Below are positions 47,480 through 56,864 of a DNA stretch of 64,000 nucleotides, piece by piece. The stretch covers positions 1 through 64,000 of the forward strand of contig CAKQMV010000008.1 in assembly GCA_934255135.1 (NCBI GenBank), in the 5' to 3' direction. The stretch's first letter is position 1. Every line of letters begins with the position of its first letter. The position numbers and the translations under genes were made by a program. The notes below the pieces were generated by a model that was not told the origin of the DNA, made no database searches, and worked only from the letters and a program-made list of their open reading frames with translations. Origin of the DNA: an uncultured Clostridia bacterium (GTDB lineage: Bacteria; Bacillota; Clostridia; Peptostreptococcales; Anaerovoracaceae).

Positions 47480-48937
47480 TTATCTGTTCACAGTCTCAAA
47501 TCTCTCTGTGATCTCAAGGTGTGTTGCTTCGTCAGCATGGCTGTCGATGTCAGCATCCTGCTTAGGTGTGTGCTTCAGACATCCTGCACCACCTGTACAT
47601 CCGCCGCTGCAAGCCATTCCCTCAATGAAGTTCTGAACGAGCAGATCCTTATTAGCTCTTGTAAGGATTGGCTTAATCTTATCAAGTCCTGATACGCAGA
47701 TAGGGTTAACCTCGAACTCAGAACCTCTCTCCTTAAGAGCCTGAACTGCAGATGCAGCTACTCCACCTGAGTGAGCGAAGCGACGACCGAATCCTGTAGC
47801 CTGATCCATCTCGCTCTTCTCCTGCATCTCAACGTCAATCTCTCTGCTGTCAAGAAGTGCAAGCAGCTCCTCAAAAGTGATTACACTGTCAACATATGGT
47901 GAAACGCTATCCTTAAGAACCTCAGCCTTCTTCGCTGTGCAAGGTCCGATAAAGATAACCTTGGCATCAGGATTGTCAGCCTTGATAATTCTTCCAAGCT
48001 CTGCCATAGGTGACAGGTTGTGTGAAATTGAAGGTACGAGGGCAGGGAATCTGTTCTCTACGTACTTTACGAAAGCAGGGCAGCATGATGTAAGAAGGCG
48101 ACCCTTCTCCTCAAGCTCTGCTGACTCCTTGTAAGCTATAATATCAGCTCCAAGAGCTGCCTCGTATACCTCAGCAAATCCGAGCTTTCTGATTCCTGTG
48201 ATAACCTGTCCAAGGTCGACAGGTGCAAACTGTGATGCAATTGCAGGAGCAACAATAGCAATTACAGGATACTCAGTGTTGTCCTTGCTTCCTTTAATGA
48301 TGTCAATTACATCAGCGATATATGATTTGTCAATTGGTGCACCGAACGGACATCTGTTCATGCAGACACCGCATGATGTGCACTTGTCATAGTCAATAAC
48401 AGCCTCACCTGTCTCAGCCATACAGATAGCGTCAGCCTTGCAGGCTTTCTCGCAAGGTCGCTTAAAGTTAGTGATGGCGCTGTATGGGCATGCCTTGGCA
48501 CACTGTCCGCACTCAACGCACTTCGACTTGTCGATTACTGCGTGGTTGTTTTCAAAAGTGATGGCGCCGAGCTTGCATGCTCCCTGGCACTCGTGAGCAA
48601 GACAGCCTCTGCAAAGGTTAGTTACAGTGTGACCTGCCTCAGGACACTCATCACAGATAAGACCGATAACCTCGATAATGTGATCGCTGTTATGGTTCCC
48701 ACCAAGAGCAACTCTGATTCTCTCGGCGAGCTTCGCCTTATCCTTATAGATACAACAGCTTGTTGAAGGTTCATCAGGAAGAATTGTCTTAGCTGCGATA
48801 TCATCAAAAGATCTGAAAATATCTTCGCCTGCCCAGAGCTTTCTGGCAACTTCGGTAAGAACTCTGTTTTTCATGATCTGAACATTGGTGTCAAATTTTC
48901 TGGCATCAAATTTTCTTGCCTCGTCGTATTCTTTCAT
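47480..48937 (-). CDS. hydA: [FeFe] hydrogenase, monomeric, with an N-terminal Cys-rich ferredoxin-like region (group B-like)
   Basis: H-cluster motifs L1 (TSCCPAFV), L2 (GPCTAKKAE) and L3 (EGMACSGGCTGG), plus 2x CxxCxxCxxxCP ferredoxin motifs. Start at MKEYDEARKF (48937) with an AAGGAG RBS; the six-frame ORF extends to 49129. Confidence 0.8.
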   Translation of the reverse strand: MKEYDEARKFDARKFDTNVQIMKNRVLTEVARKLWAGEDIFRSFDDIAAKTILPDEPSTSCCIYKDKAKLAERIRVALGGNHNSDHIIEVIGLICDECPEAGHTVTNLCRGCLAHECQGACKLGAITFENNHAVIDKSKCVECGQCAKACPYSAITNFKRPCEKACKADAICMAETGEAVIDYDKCTSCGVCMNRCPFGAPIDKSYIADVIDIIKGSKDNTEYPVIAIVAPAIASQFAPVDLGQVITGIRKLGFAEVYEAALGADIIAYKESAELEEKGRLLTSCCPAFVKYVENRFPALVPSISHNLSPMAELGRIIKADNPDAKVIFIGPCTAKKAEVLKDSVSPYVDSVITFEELLALLDSREIDVEMQEKSEMDQATGFGRRFAHSGGVAASAVQALKERGSEFEVNPICVSGLDKIKPILTRANKDLLVQNFIEGMACSGGCTGGAGCLKHTPKQDADIDSHADEATHLEITERFETVNR

Positions 48938-49188
48938 TAGTGATCTCCTTTTAGTCAAAATAAAAAGCACGGCCCAATAAATGTGTCGCACTTGGTATTC
49001 ATATTGTTGTGTAATGTAACGATTTTGCGTAAAATTATAGCGTTTTAGCAAAATATGCAAAACACAAGGATTGATAAAATTTAAACAATCCTCGACGATT
49101 ATAACACAGCATATTTTATAAGTAAACACCTTAAGCCTTACATAATCATTGTGATATAATATTTAAGTTAAAGGAGATGTTAATTACA

Positions 49189-50523
49189 ATGAGCAAACAG
49201 CTTGATATTTTAAATGGAAGCATATGGGACAAGGCACTGAAGTTTGCAATCCCACTGGCTCTTACCGGAATGCTTCAACAGGTTTTTAGTGCGACCGACG
49301 TTGCGGTTCTCGGACGATTTGTCGGAGCTGAGGCAATGGCCGGAGTAGGAAGCAACGCACCGTTTGTTTCACTTCTTATTAATGGCTTTGTAGGCGTAGC
49401 AGTAGGTGCGAACGTTGTTATTGCCAACTATATTGGACAGGGCGATGAGAAGAAGGTAGAAAGGGCAACGCATACAGCGTGGATGTTAGCTGTTATAAGC
49501 GGTCTTATAGTTGCAGTCTTTGGAAGACTTGCAATCGGACCTGCAATGAACATACTAGGCGTTCCAGCAGAGGTTGAATCATATTCTAGGCTGTATCTTT
49601 CGATATATTTTGCCGGTGCACCGTTTATAATGCTATATAACTTTGAAGCAGCAATCTTTAGAAGCATCGGTAAGACACAGATCCCGCTGATTGCACTTAC
49701 ATGTGGAGGCATTCTTAATGTAGGAAGTGATATCTTCTTCGTACTGAAGCTAGGCATGTCAGCAGACGGAGTTGCTTATGCGACAGTGCTTGCTAATGTA
49801 GTAAGCTCGATGATACTGTTTGTCTGCCTTCTCAAAGAGAAGAGTATGATCAGAATCAACATAAGGAAGCTTTCAATTGACAAAGCAATAATGATAAGAA
49901 TTCTTAAGATTGGAGTTCCATCAGGTGTTCAGAGTATGGTTTTCTCAATCTCTAACCTATGTGTTCAGTCAGCAATAAACAGCCTCGGATCTGCAGCCAT
50001 GGCGGCGGGATCTGCATCATTTAATATAGAGATTTTTGCATACTACATCATAAACGCTTTCGGACAGACAGTTGTAACCTTCGCAGGACAGAGCTATGGT
50101 GCGGGAAACAAGAAGCGTGTCAGGGATTCACTTAAGCAGATTACAATCCTGAGTGAGATTGTGACAATAGTTGTAATGATACTGATTCTTGTGTTCCTTA
50201 ATCAGCTATGCGGACTGTTCAGCAAGGATCCGGAGATTATGGCACTCAGCGCAGTCAGAGTTAAATGTCTGATATACTTCGAATGGATGAATGTTTTTAT
50301 GGAGAACCTTTCAAGCGTTCTAAGAGGCATCGGCAAATCACTTGGACCTGCAATAATCACACTCGTTTCGGTCTGCGGAACACGAATCGTGTGGGTATAT
50401 ACAATTTTTGCACAGACTAAATCATGGCTGGTTCTCAGCTCTGTATATCCGATAAGCTGGGCAATCTGTGTTGCAATACTTGTGGCTCTATACATTAAAA
50501 CAAGGAGGAAGATCCTATGCTAA
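49189..50523 (+). CDS. MATE family efflux transporter (second copy in the window)
   Basis: MATE-like N-terminus (MSKQLDILNGSIWDKALKFAIPLALTGMLQQVF) and 12 TM helices. The six-frame ORF starts at 49177. Confidence 0.8.
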   Translation: MSKQLDILNGSIWDKALKFAIPLALTGMLQQVFSATDVAVLGRFVGAEAMAGVGSNAPFVSLLINGFVGVAVGANVVIANYIGQGDEKKVERATHTAWMLAVISGLIVAVFGRLAIGPAMNILGVPAEVESYSRLYLSIYFAGAPFIMLYNFEAAIFRSIGKTQIPLIALTCGGILNVGSDIFFVLKLGMSADGVAYATVLANVVSSMILFVCLLKEKSMIRINIRKLSIDKAIMIRILKIGVPSGVQSMVFSISNLCVQSAINSLGSAAMAAGSASFNIEIFAYYIINAFGQTVVTFAGQSYGAGNKKRVRDSLKQITILSEIVTIVVMILILVFLNQLCGLFSKDPEIMALSAVRVKCLIYFEWMNVFMENLSSVLRGIGKSLGPAIITLVSVCGTRIVWVYTIFAQTKSWLVLSSVYPISWAICVAILVALYIKTRRKILC

Positions 50524-51701
50524 AGGGCAAGACAATCGTACTCGGTGTAACAGGAAGCATCGCTGCATATAAGACCGCGAATCTTGCGAGCATGCTCGTT
50601 AAGGAGCATGCCGATGTTCACGTGATTATGACGGAGAATGCGAAGAACTTCATAAATCCGATTACATTCGAGACGCTGACGCATAATAAATGTATAACCG
50701 ATACTTTTGACCGAAACTTCGAGTTCGACGTGAAGCATATCTCTCTGGCTCAGAAGGCAGATCTGTTAATGATAGCTCCCGCTTCGGCGAACATTATAGG
50801 CAAGATTGCATCGGGTATCGCTGATGATATGCTGTCGACTACTATTATGGCGGCGAAGTGTCCTGTTCTTATTTCACCTGCAATGAATACTGCGATGTAT
50901 GAGAACTATTTTGTTCAGAAGAATATGAGAAGTCTTATGGATGCGGGATACAAGCTGATTGAGCCTGCAAGCGGATACCTTGCATGCGGAGATACAGGAA
51001 AGGGCAAGATGCCGGAGCCAGAGCTTCTTAAGGAGCATATTCTTATGGAGCTTAGCCATAAGAAGGATCTCAGAGGTAAGAAGGTGCTTGTAACAGCAGG
51101 CCCTACTCAGGAGGCAATCGACCCTGTCAGATTCATAAGCAATCACTCAAGCGGCAAGATGGGCTATGAGGTTGCAAGGCAGGCTGCAAGAAGAGGTGCA
51201 GAGGTTACACTTGTAAGCGGAAGAACTAATCTTGATTGCCCTCTCGGCGTTAACAGAATCGATGTTCTGTCAGCGGCAGATATGAAGGATGCTGTAGTAT
51301 CTAACGCTGAAGAGACTGATATTTTTGTCATGGCAGCGGCTGTTGCCGATTACAGACCTGCAGTAGTAAGCGACAGCAAGATCAAGAAGAAGGATGGCTC
51401 GATGGCGATTGAGCTTACAAGAACTGAAGATATCATCGCCGGAATCTGCGAGAACAAGAGAGCAGATCAGTTTGTCTGTGGTTTTTCTATGGAGACAGAT
51501 AATCTGATTGAGAATTCAAGGTCTAAGCTTGAGAGAAAGAAGCTGGATATGATAGTTGCTAACAACCTCAAGGTAGAAGGCGCCGGATTCAGAGGCGACA
51601 CTAACGTTGCTGTTATTATTAGGCCGGATTCTATTACAGAACTGGACATTATGAGTAAGTCAGAGCTTGCGGACGTGATATTAGACGAGATTATACAATA
51701 A
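50517..51701 (+). CDS. coaBC: Bifunctional phosphopantothenoylcysteine decarboxylase / phosphopantothenate-cysteine ligase CoaBC
   Basis: N-terminal flavoprotein (GVTGSIAAYK…PAMNTAMYEN) and C-terminal CoaB (DPVRFISNHSSGKMG). Confidence 0.85.
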   Translation: MLKGKTIVLGVTGSIAAYKTANLASMLVKEHADVHVIMTENAKNFINPITFETLTHNKCITDTFDRNFEFDVKHISLAQKADLLMIAPASANIIGKIASGIADDMLSTTIMAAKCPVLISPAMNTAMYENYFVQKNMRSLMDAGYKLIEPASGYLACGDTGKGKMPEPELLKEHILMELSHKKDLRGKKVLVTAGPTQEAIDPVRFISNHSSGKMGYEVARQAARRGAEVTLVSGRTNLDCPLGVNRIDVLSAADMKDAVVSNAEETDIFVMAAAVADYRPAVVSDSKIKKKDGSMAIELTRTEDIIAGICENKRADQFVCGFSMETDNLIENSRSKLERKKLDMIVANNLKVEGAGFRGDTNVAVIIRPDSITELDIMSKSELADVILDEIIQ

Positions 51702-51821
51702 TGAAATTGTATCTTTTTGCCCAGACTGTTGGCAGAATACGGAATATCTGATATCATATGTCTGAGATGGTGAAAAAATTAACAAGTGAAATACGTATGA
51801 TCAACAACGGAGGTTATTATT

Positions 51822-52916
51822 ATGGCATTTGAACTTAGAAAGTATACTCATCCGGACTTCACACAGGACAAATTTGTAAACGCCCCAGACTGTGTGCTCG
51901 TTCCTGCACCTAAGGATGGAGTTGCACCTGACAACTTCCATGCTAACAGTATTTTCCCTGAATATTTTAAGGTTAACGGAGAGTGGCTCCTTCTTGAGGA
52001 GAGCAGAATGGACACAGTTCCAATGTTCGACGGAGAGAAGATGCAGTCATATGAACCAAGAAGACTTAAGAAGGGTGACCTCGTAGTAGTTGGAAGAACT
52101 GAAGACTGCGAAGAGGGAATCTACATGCATGCTAATGGATTCAATGAGGAGAGAGGCTCAGGAGATACATTCGCATTCAGAACAGGAAGATCAAGAGAGA
52201 CCGCATTCGGTAAGGATATCGACGAGATCGTAGAGCTTCTCAAGCACGAGAAGGAGAACGGAAACGTAGTATGGGTACTCGGACCTGCATTCTCATTTGA
52301 CATCAGAGCAAGAAGAGCTCTTTCAGCAATCATCTCAAACGGATATGCTGATGCAGTACTTGCTGGTAACGCTCTCGCTACACATGATCTTGAGGGAGCA
52401 TACATGAACACAGCTCTTGGACAGAACATCTACACTCAGGAGAACGTTCACAACGGACACTACAACCACCTCGAGCTTATCAACAAGGTAAGAGAAGCAG
52501 GATCAATTCCAGAGTTCATCGAGCAGAACAATCTTGATGACGGAATCATCTGTGCAGCAGTAAAGAATGATGTTCCAATTGTACTTGGAGGATCAATCAG
52601 AGACGACGGTCCACTTCCAGAGGTATTTGGAAACTGCTACGATGCACAGGATGCAATGAGAGGCTGCGTAAAGAAAGCAACAACAGTAATCACACTTGCA
52701 ACAATGCTTCACTCAATCGCAGTAGGAAACATGACACCATCATTCAGAGTAATGGAGGATGGAACTGTAAGACAGGTTTACTTCTACATCTGCGACATCT
52801 CAGAGTTCGTAGTAAACAAGCTTGCAGACAGAGGATCACTCTCAGCTAAGGGAATCATCACTAACGTTCAGGACTTCATCTGCAGCGTAGCAAATGGACT
52901 GGGACTTGAGTACTAA
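51822..52916 (+). CDS. Conserved hypothetical protein (possibly a LOR/SDH-like or TIGR00300-like family). Function unknown.
   Basis: 364-aa soluble ORF with good codon usage. The family guess is from memory and not verifiable here. Confidence 0.3.
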   Translation: MAFELRKYTHPDFTQDKFVNAPDCVLVPAPKDGVAPDNFHANSIFPEYFKVNGEWLLLEESRMDTVPMFDGEKMQSYEPRRLKKGDLVVVGRTEDCEEGIYMHANGFNEERGSGDTFAFRTGRSRETAFGKDIDEIVELLKHEKENGNVVWVLGPAFSFDIRARRALSAIISNGYADAVLAGNALATHDLEGAYMNTALGQNIYTQENVHNGHYNHLELINKVREAGSIPEFIEQNNLDDGIICAAVKNDVPIVLGGSIRDDGPLPEVFGNCYDAQDAMRGCVKKATTVITLATMLHSIAVGNMTPSFRVMEDGTVRQVYFYICDISEFVVNKLADRGSLSAKGIITNVQDFICSVANGLGLEY

Positions 52917-53099
52917 TTTCTATTAGTATAGCGATTCATATAACGATAGACTTTAATAGCATAAGGGCTCTTGCGATAGACCGTAGGGGCTCTTTTTATG
53001 TATAATTTATGTACTTTCAAGCTATACAATTTTGTTCACCAAATGTATAATTTACATTTGGTATATTTGTAAATAATCTTATTGTAAGGACGAACATAT

Positions 53100-53900
53100 A
53101 TGAAGAAACTTGGAGTTTTGATGGCGTGCGTTATAGCCATCTCTATGCTATGTGGATGCAGCGGAAATAATGAGGGCATGGCAGCGGATCTGCCTGAAAT
53201 AACAGTAGGAAGCGATACGTATCCGCCTTTTGTTTTTGAGGATGCTGATGGCAATCCTACAGGTATTGATGTGGAGCTTGCCAGAGAGGCCTTCAAGCGG
53301 ATGGGGTATAAGTCTGTATTTAAGACAATTAACTGGGAGAATAAGACAAAGCTTGTAGATTCAGGAGCGATTGACTGCATCTGGGGAAGCTTCTCTATTG
53401 ATGGAAGAGAAGATCTATACAATTGGACGAAGCCCTACATGTACAGCAGAGAGGTTGTGGCTGTGAAGGCGGACAGTGGTATTACGAGCTTGTCTGACCT
53501 TGAAGGAAAACGCATCGCTGTTCAGTCGACTACAAGACCCGAAGAGGTGCTTCTTTCTGGCAGTAATCCTGATATCCCCGAATTGATGGAGGTCATTTCA
53601 CTTCAGAAGAGAGAGGTTATGTATCCATATCTCAGTAAGGGTTATGTTGATGCAATTGCAGCTCATGAAATCTCAATTCTTACATGCATGAAGGATTATA
53701 GAATTGACTATAGAATCATAGACGAGCCACTTCAGAGCGTTGGCCTGGGTGTGGCTTTCTCAAAGAAGGACAAACGAAATCTTCAGCATAAGCTTTCTAA
53801 GAGTTTTGAAGAAATGAGAAATGATGGAACTATGAAGAAGATAATCGGAAAGTATCTCGAGGATCCTGAGAAATATATGGAGGCTGGAGATAATGAGTAA
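53100..53900 (+). CDS. Family-3 (amino-acid type) substrate-binding lipoprotein
   Basis: Lipobox (MLCGCSG). PBPb-like sequence. Overlaps the start of the hybrid histidine kinase. Confidence 0.7.
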   Translation: MKKLGVLMACVIAISMLCGCSGNNEGMAADLPEITVGSDTYPPFVFEDADGNPTGIDVELAREAFKRMGYKSVFKTINWENKTKLVDSGAIDCIWGSFSIDGREDLYNWTKPYMYSREVVAVKADSGITSLSDLEGKRIAVQSTTRPEEVLLSGSNPDIPELMEVISLQKREVMYPYLSKGYVDAIAAHEISILTCMKDYRIDYRIIDEPLQSVGLGVAFSKKDKRNLQHKLSKSFEEMRNDGTMKKIIGKYLEDPEKYMEAGDNE

Positions 53901-56100
53901 AGATAACCGAAGAAAGCTTACATTATTAAGGGTAGATCTTACAAATCGCGAGCGTATGAGATATACGTTTATAGCAATTGCGGTAGTCATTATCTCAGGC
54001 ATCCTTGCATCACTATATGACATTAATCAGACAAAGAATATGATGCAGGATACAGTTTCATACGTCAAAGAGCAGTGCAACAGATACACAAGAATTCAGC
54101 TTGCCTCAGAGGCGAAGAGTCTTCTTCGTGTGCAGCAAAGCTGCGTCGATGTTGCGTATGACATTGAGAATTACGATAATAGTCTTAATAGAGACTTATT
54201 AAAGGAATATACAATTTACAATTATCTTTCTGGCATTATGGTTCTTGATGCTAATGGAAGGATTGTGGAAGAGTATCATATGGGTGAAATGCCGGAAGCT
54301 GTCGGCGACGCAATCGAATCAGAGGCCCTTTTGGACACTATTGATCATCCGAAGAAGAGATATGCTGTAAGAAGCTCATGCACTGATGGAAGTGAGGTGG
54401 ATATCGCGGCAATGTCTGAGGCTGATTCAGATCTGATAATCGCCGTTTATTATCACACTCCGGCTGACTACAAGAATTCATTCAGTCTGACGATGAATTC
54501 CTTCCTGTCAGGTTATGTCATGGAGAAGAACGGCACCATTGTTGTCAGCAGCAATGATATTGTTACCGCAAGTAATGATAAGTCACTTGTCGGTAAGGAT
54601 GTAGATGAAATCAGGGTTGTAAACAAGCTGCAGAAGAATGGTAAGTATAATGAACTCATTGCAGCAACGCAGAAGGGGAAACTTCTTAGCCACCATTATT
54701 ATGGCCTTATGGATCACGGCAGGGATTGCTATATTTATGCTGTTTTGCCTGAAAGCTCAGTGTTTACATACACACCCAGGGTGATGCTGTACGGACTGAT
54801 TGCATATCTGGCTGTGCTTACGCTTCTTTACTATATGAGAGTGAATGTTGAAAGCCGCCACCGCGAGGAGCAGATTAAGGCTCAGAGAGAATATGCGATA
54901 AGTCTTAAGAACAAGAACAAGCAGCTTACTGTCGCCAAAGAACAGGCAGAACGTGCTAATGTGGCCAAAACGAGCTTTCTGTCCCGTATGAGTCACGACA
55001 TTCGTACGCCGCTTAATGGTATTATCGGACTTCTCGATATAGACGAGAAGCATCCGGATAATGAGGAGCTTATAAGAACAAATCACGCCAAGATGCAAAT
55101 TGCAGCCAATCATCTGCTTTCTCTTATAAACGACGTGCTTCAGATGAGCAAGCTCGAAAGTGGTGAGGTAGTTCTTTCTGAGGAACCGATTAGAATCGAT
55201 AATCTTGTTTCAGATGTAATGCTACTTATGGGACAGAGAGCTGCCGAGGCGGGTGTAACAATCGAATACGACACAGAATCGGACAGCAATGATGTAGATA
55301 CTGTTTACGGAAGTCCGCTTCACCTGAGACAGATTTTTCTAAATATCTATTCGAATTGTATAAAGTACAACAAGAAGGGTGGCTCAATCAGAACACTTTT
55401 CGAATGTACGGAGAGAGATTCCAAGACGGTTACGTACAGATGGACTATTACTGATACAGGAATCGGTATGAGCGAGGAATTCCTTAAGCATCTCTTCGAT
55501 CCGTTTACCCAGGAGAATATTGATGCAAGAAGTGTATATCATGGCACGGGTCTTGGAATGTCTATTGTAAAGAGCCTTCTTGAGAAGATGAACGGAAGTA
55601 TAGATGTATCAAGTGAGCGTGGAGTCGGATCAACCTTTGTGATAACAATTCCATTTAAGCTTGCTGAGTCGGAGAAGCTTGATGTGAAGGAGGAATGCTT
55701 CGCTGAAGATCTTTCACTAGACGGAATTAAGGTGCTTCTTGTTGAAGATAACGAGCTTAATGCTGAAATCGCCAAGACTCTTCTTGAAGATGTGGGTGCA
55801 GACATCACACTTGCGTTAGATGGAAAGCAGGCTGTTGATATGTTTGCAGCAAGCCATGCGGGTGAATTTGATATCATCATTACAGATGTTATGATGCCGG
55901 TGATGGATGGAATTGAAGAAGCGAAGACCATTCGAGGTCTCGATCATCCGGATGCAAAGAGCATTCCGATTGTAGCGATGACTGCTAATGTTTTTGCAGA
56001 GGATATCAATAACTGCATCGCCGCAGGAATGAATGCACATATCGCCAAGCCGCTTAACATGACAAGTCTTCTTGTAACAATCAAGCGTCTGGTTAAATAA
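53893..56100 (+). CDS. Hybrid sensor histidine kinase/response regulator (TM-flanked extracytoplasmic sensor, HisKA, HATPase, C-terminal receiver)
   Basis: H-box (MSHDIRTPLNGI), ATPase (GTGLGMSIV), and receiver (VLLVEDNELN…DVMMPVMDG). Confidence 0.85.
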   Translation: MSKDNRRKLTLLRVDLTNRERMRYTFIAIAVVIISGILASLYDINQTKNMMQDTVSYVKEQCNRYTRIQLASEAKSLLRVQQSCVDVAYDIENYDNSLNRDLLKEYTIYNYLSGIMVLDANGRIVEEYHMGEMPEAVGDAIESEALLDTIDHPKKRYAVRSSCTDGSEVDIAAMSEADSDLIIAVYYHTPADYKNSFSLTMNSFLSGYVMEKNGTIVVSSNDIVTASNDKSLVGKDVDEIRVVNKLQKNGKYNELIAATQKGKLLSHHYYGLMDHGRDCYIYAVLPESSVFTYTPRVMLYGLIAYLAVLTLLYYMRVNVESRHREEQIKAQREYAISLKNKNKQLTVAKEQAERANVAKTSFLSRMSHDIRTPLNGIIGLLDIDEKHPDNEELIRTNHAKMQIAANHLLSLINDVLQMSKLESGEVVLSEEPIRIDNLVSDVMLLMGQRAAEAGVTIEYDTESDSNDVDTVYGSPLHLRQIFLNIYSNCIKYNKKGGSIRTLFECTERDSKTVTYRWTITDTGIGMSEEFLKHLFDPFTQENIDARSVYHGTGLGMSIVKSLLEKMNGSIDVSSERGVGSTFVITIPFKLAESEKLDVKEECFAEDLSLDGIKVLLVEDNELNAEIAKTLLEDVGADITLALDGKQAVDMFAASHAGEFDIIITDVMMPVMDGIEEAKTIRGLDHPDAKSIPIVAMTANVFAEDINNCIAAGMNAHIAKPLNMTSLLVTIKRLVK

Positions 56101-56113
56101 AGAAATAACCAAG

Positions 56114-56150
56114 CAGGAGATGAATCTATAATGGTTCATCTCTTTTTTTA
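56114..56150 (+). terminator. Intrinsic terminator
   Basis: Hairpin ggagatgaatc-tataatg-gttcatctc followed by ttttttt. Confidence 0.7.
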
Positions 56151-56184
56151 ATAAAACTGGTATAAGGGTGTTGACTTAATATCA

Positions 56185-56212
56185 ACATATGATAATATAT
56201 TCATATGTTCAA
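56185..56212. promoter_or_regulatory. Near-perfect 26-bp palindrome AACATATGATAATATATTCATATGTT (12-2-12-like ArsR/SmtB operator), overlapping TGTTCGAACA
   Basis: Read directly from the sequence. Sits about 40 bp upstream of the arsR-family gene start. Confidence 0.55.
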
Positions 56213-56251
56213 ATGTTCGAACAAAACGAAGTAATTCGGAGGTGAAATACA

Positions 56252-56578
56252 TTGGCACATATTCATTCGGAAGAGGAGCTTCTGATTAATGAAATCGGAG
56301 AAGAAGAGCTTCTTGAGATGGCAGATCTTTTTAAGATGTTCGCTGATTCGACAAGAATAAAGATTCTCTACGATCTTCTTGGTGGCGAGAAGAACGTAAC
56401 AGAGATATGCGATGATCTTGAGATGAATCAGTCAGCGATTTCCCATCAGCTTAAGCAGCTTAAGGCATCGAAGCTTGTTAAGGGAAGACGTGATGGTAAG
56501 GCTATTATCTATTCACTGGCAGATGACCATGTCAGAACAATTATCGCAATGGGACGAGACCATATTGAAGAATGTTAA
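56252..56578 (+). CDS. ArsR/SmtB-family metalloregulator (alpha5-site type, CzrA/NmtR-like)
   Basis: HTH motif (STRIKILYDL…EICDDLEMNQSAISHQLKQL). C-terminal DDHVRTIIAMGRDHIEEC (D/H…H…E alpha5 ligands). TTG start with a GGAGGTG RBS. Confidence 0.75.
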   Translation: MAHIHSEEELLINEIGEEELLEMADLFKMFADSTRIKILYDLLGGEKNVTEICDDLEMNQSAISHQLKQLKASKLVKGRRDGKAIIYSLADDHVRTIIAMGRDHIEEC

Positions 56579-56612
56579 CTAATTATTATTACAAATAACG
56601 GAGGATAATATC

Positions 56613-56831
56613 ATGAAGAAGAAGTTTAAGCTACAGGACCTTGATTGTGCAAACTGCGCAGCTAAGATGGAGGCTGCTATTAAGAAGATTGACGGTGTTG
56701 AGGACGCATCAGTAAGCTTCCTTACACAGAAGATGACAATCGTAGGTGATGACGCTAAGTTTGATGAAATCGTAGCACAGGCAGTTAAGGAAATTTCAAA
56801 GGTTGAGCCTGACTGCAAGGTGCTTCTTTAG
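56613..56831 (+). CDS. Heavy-metal-associated (HMA) domain metallochaperone
   Basis: 72-aa protein with the LDCANCAAKME CxxC motif. Confidence 0.8.
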   Translation: MKKKFKLQDLDCANCAAKMEAAIKKIDGVEDASVSFLTQKMTIVGDDAKFDEIVAQAVKEISKVEPDCKVLL

Positions 56832-56864
56832 AAAGCTATCATAACTATTTGGAGGACTTGGAAG

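Noticed and set aside
52917-52995. Possible terminator after the hypothetical gene (gcgatagac…gggctct twice)
   Set aside because: The two halves are direct repeats, not inverted repeats, so no hairpin forms. Not called.
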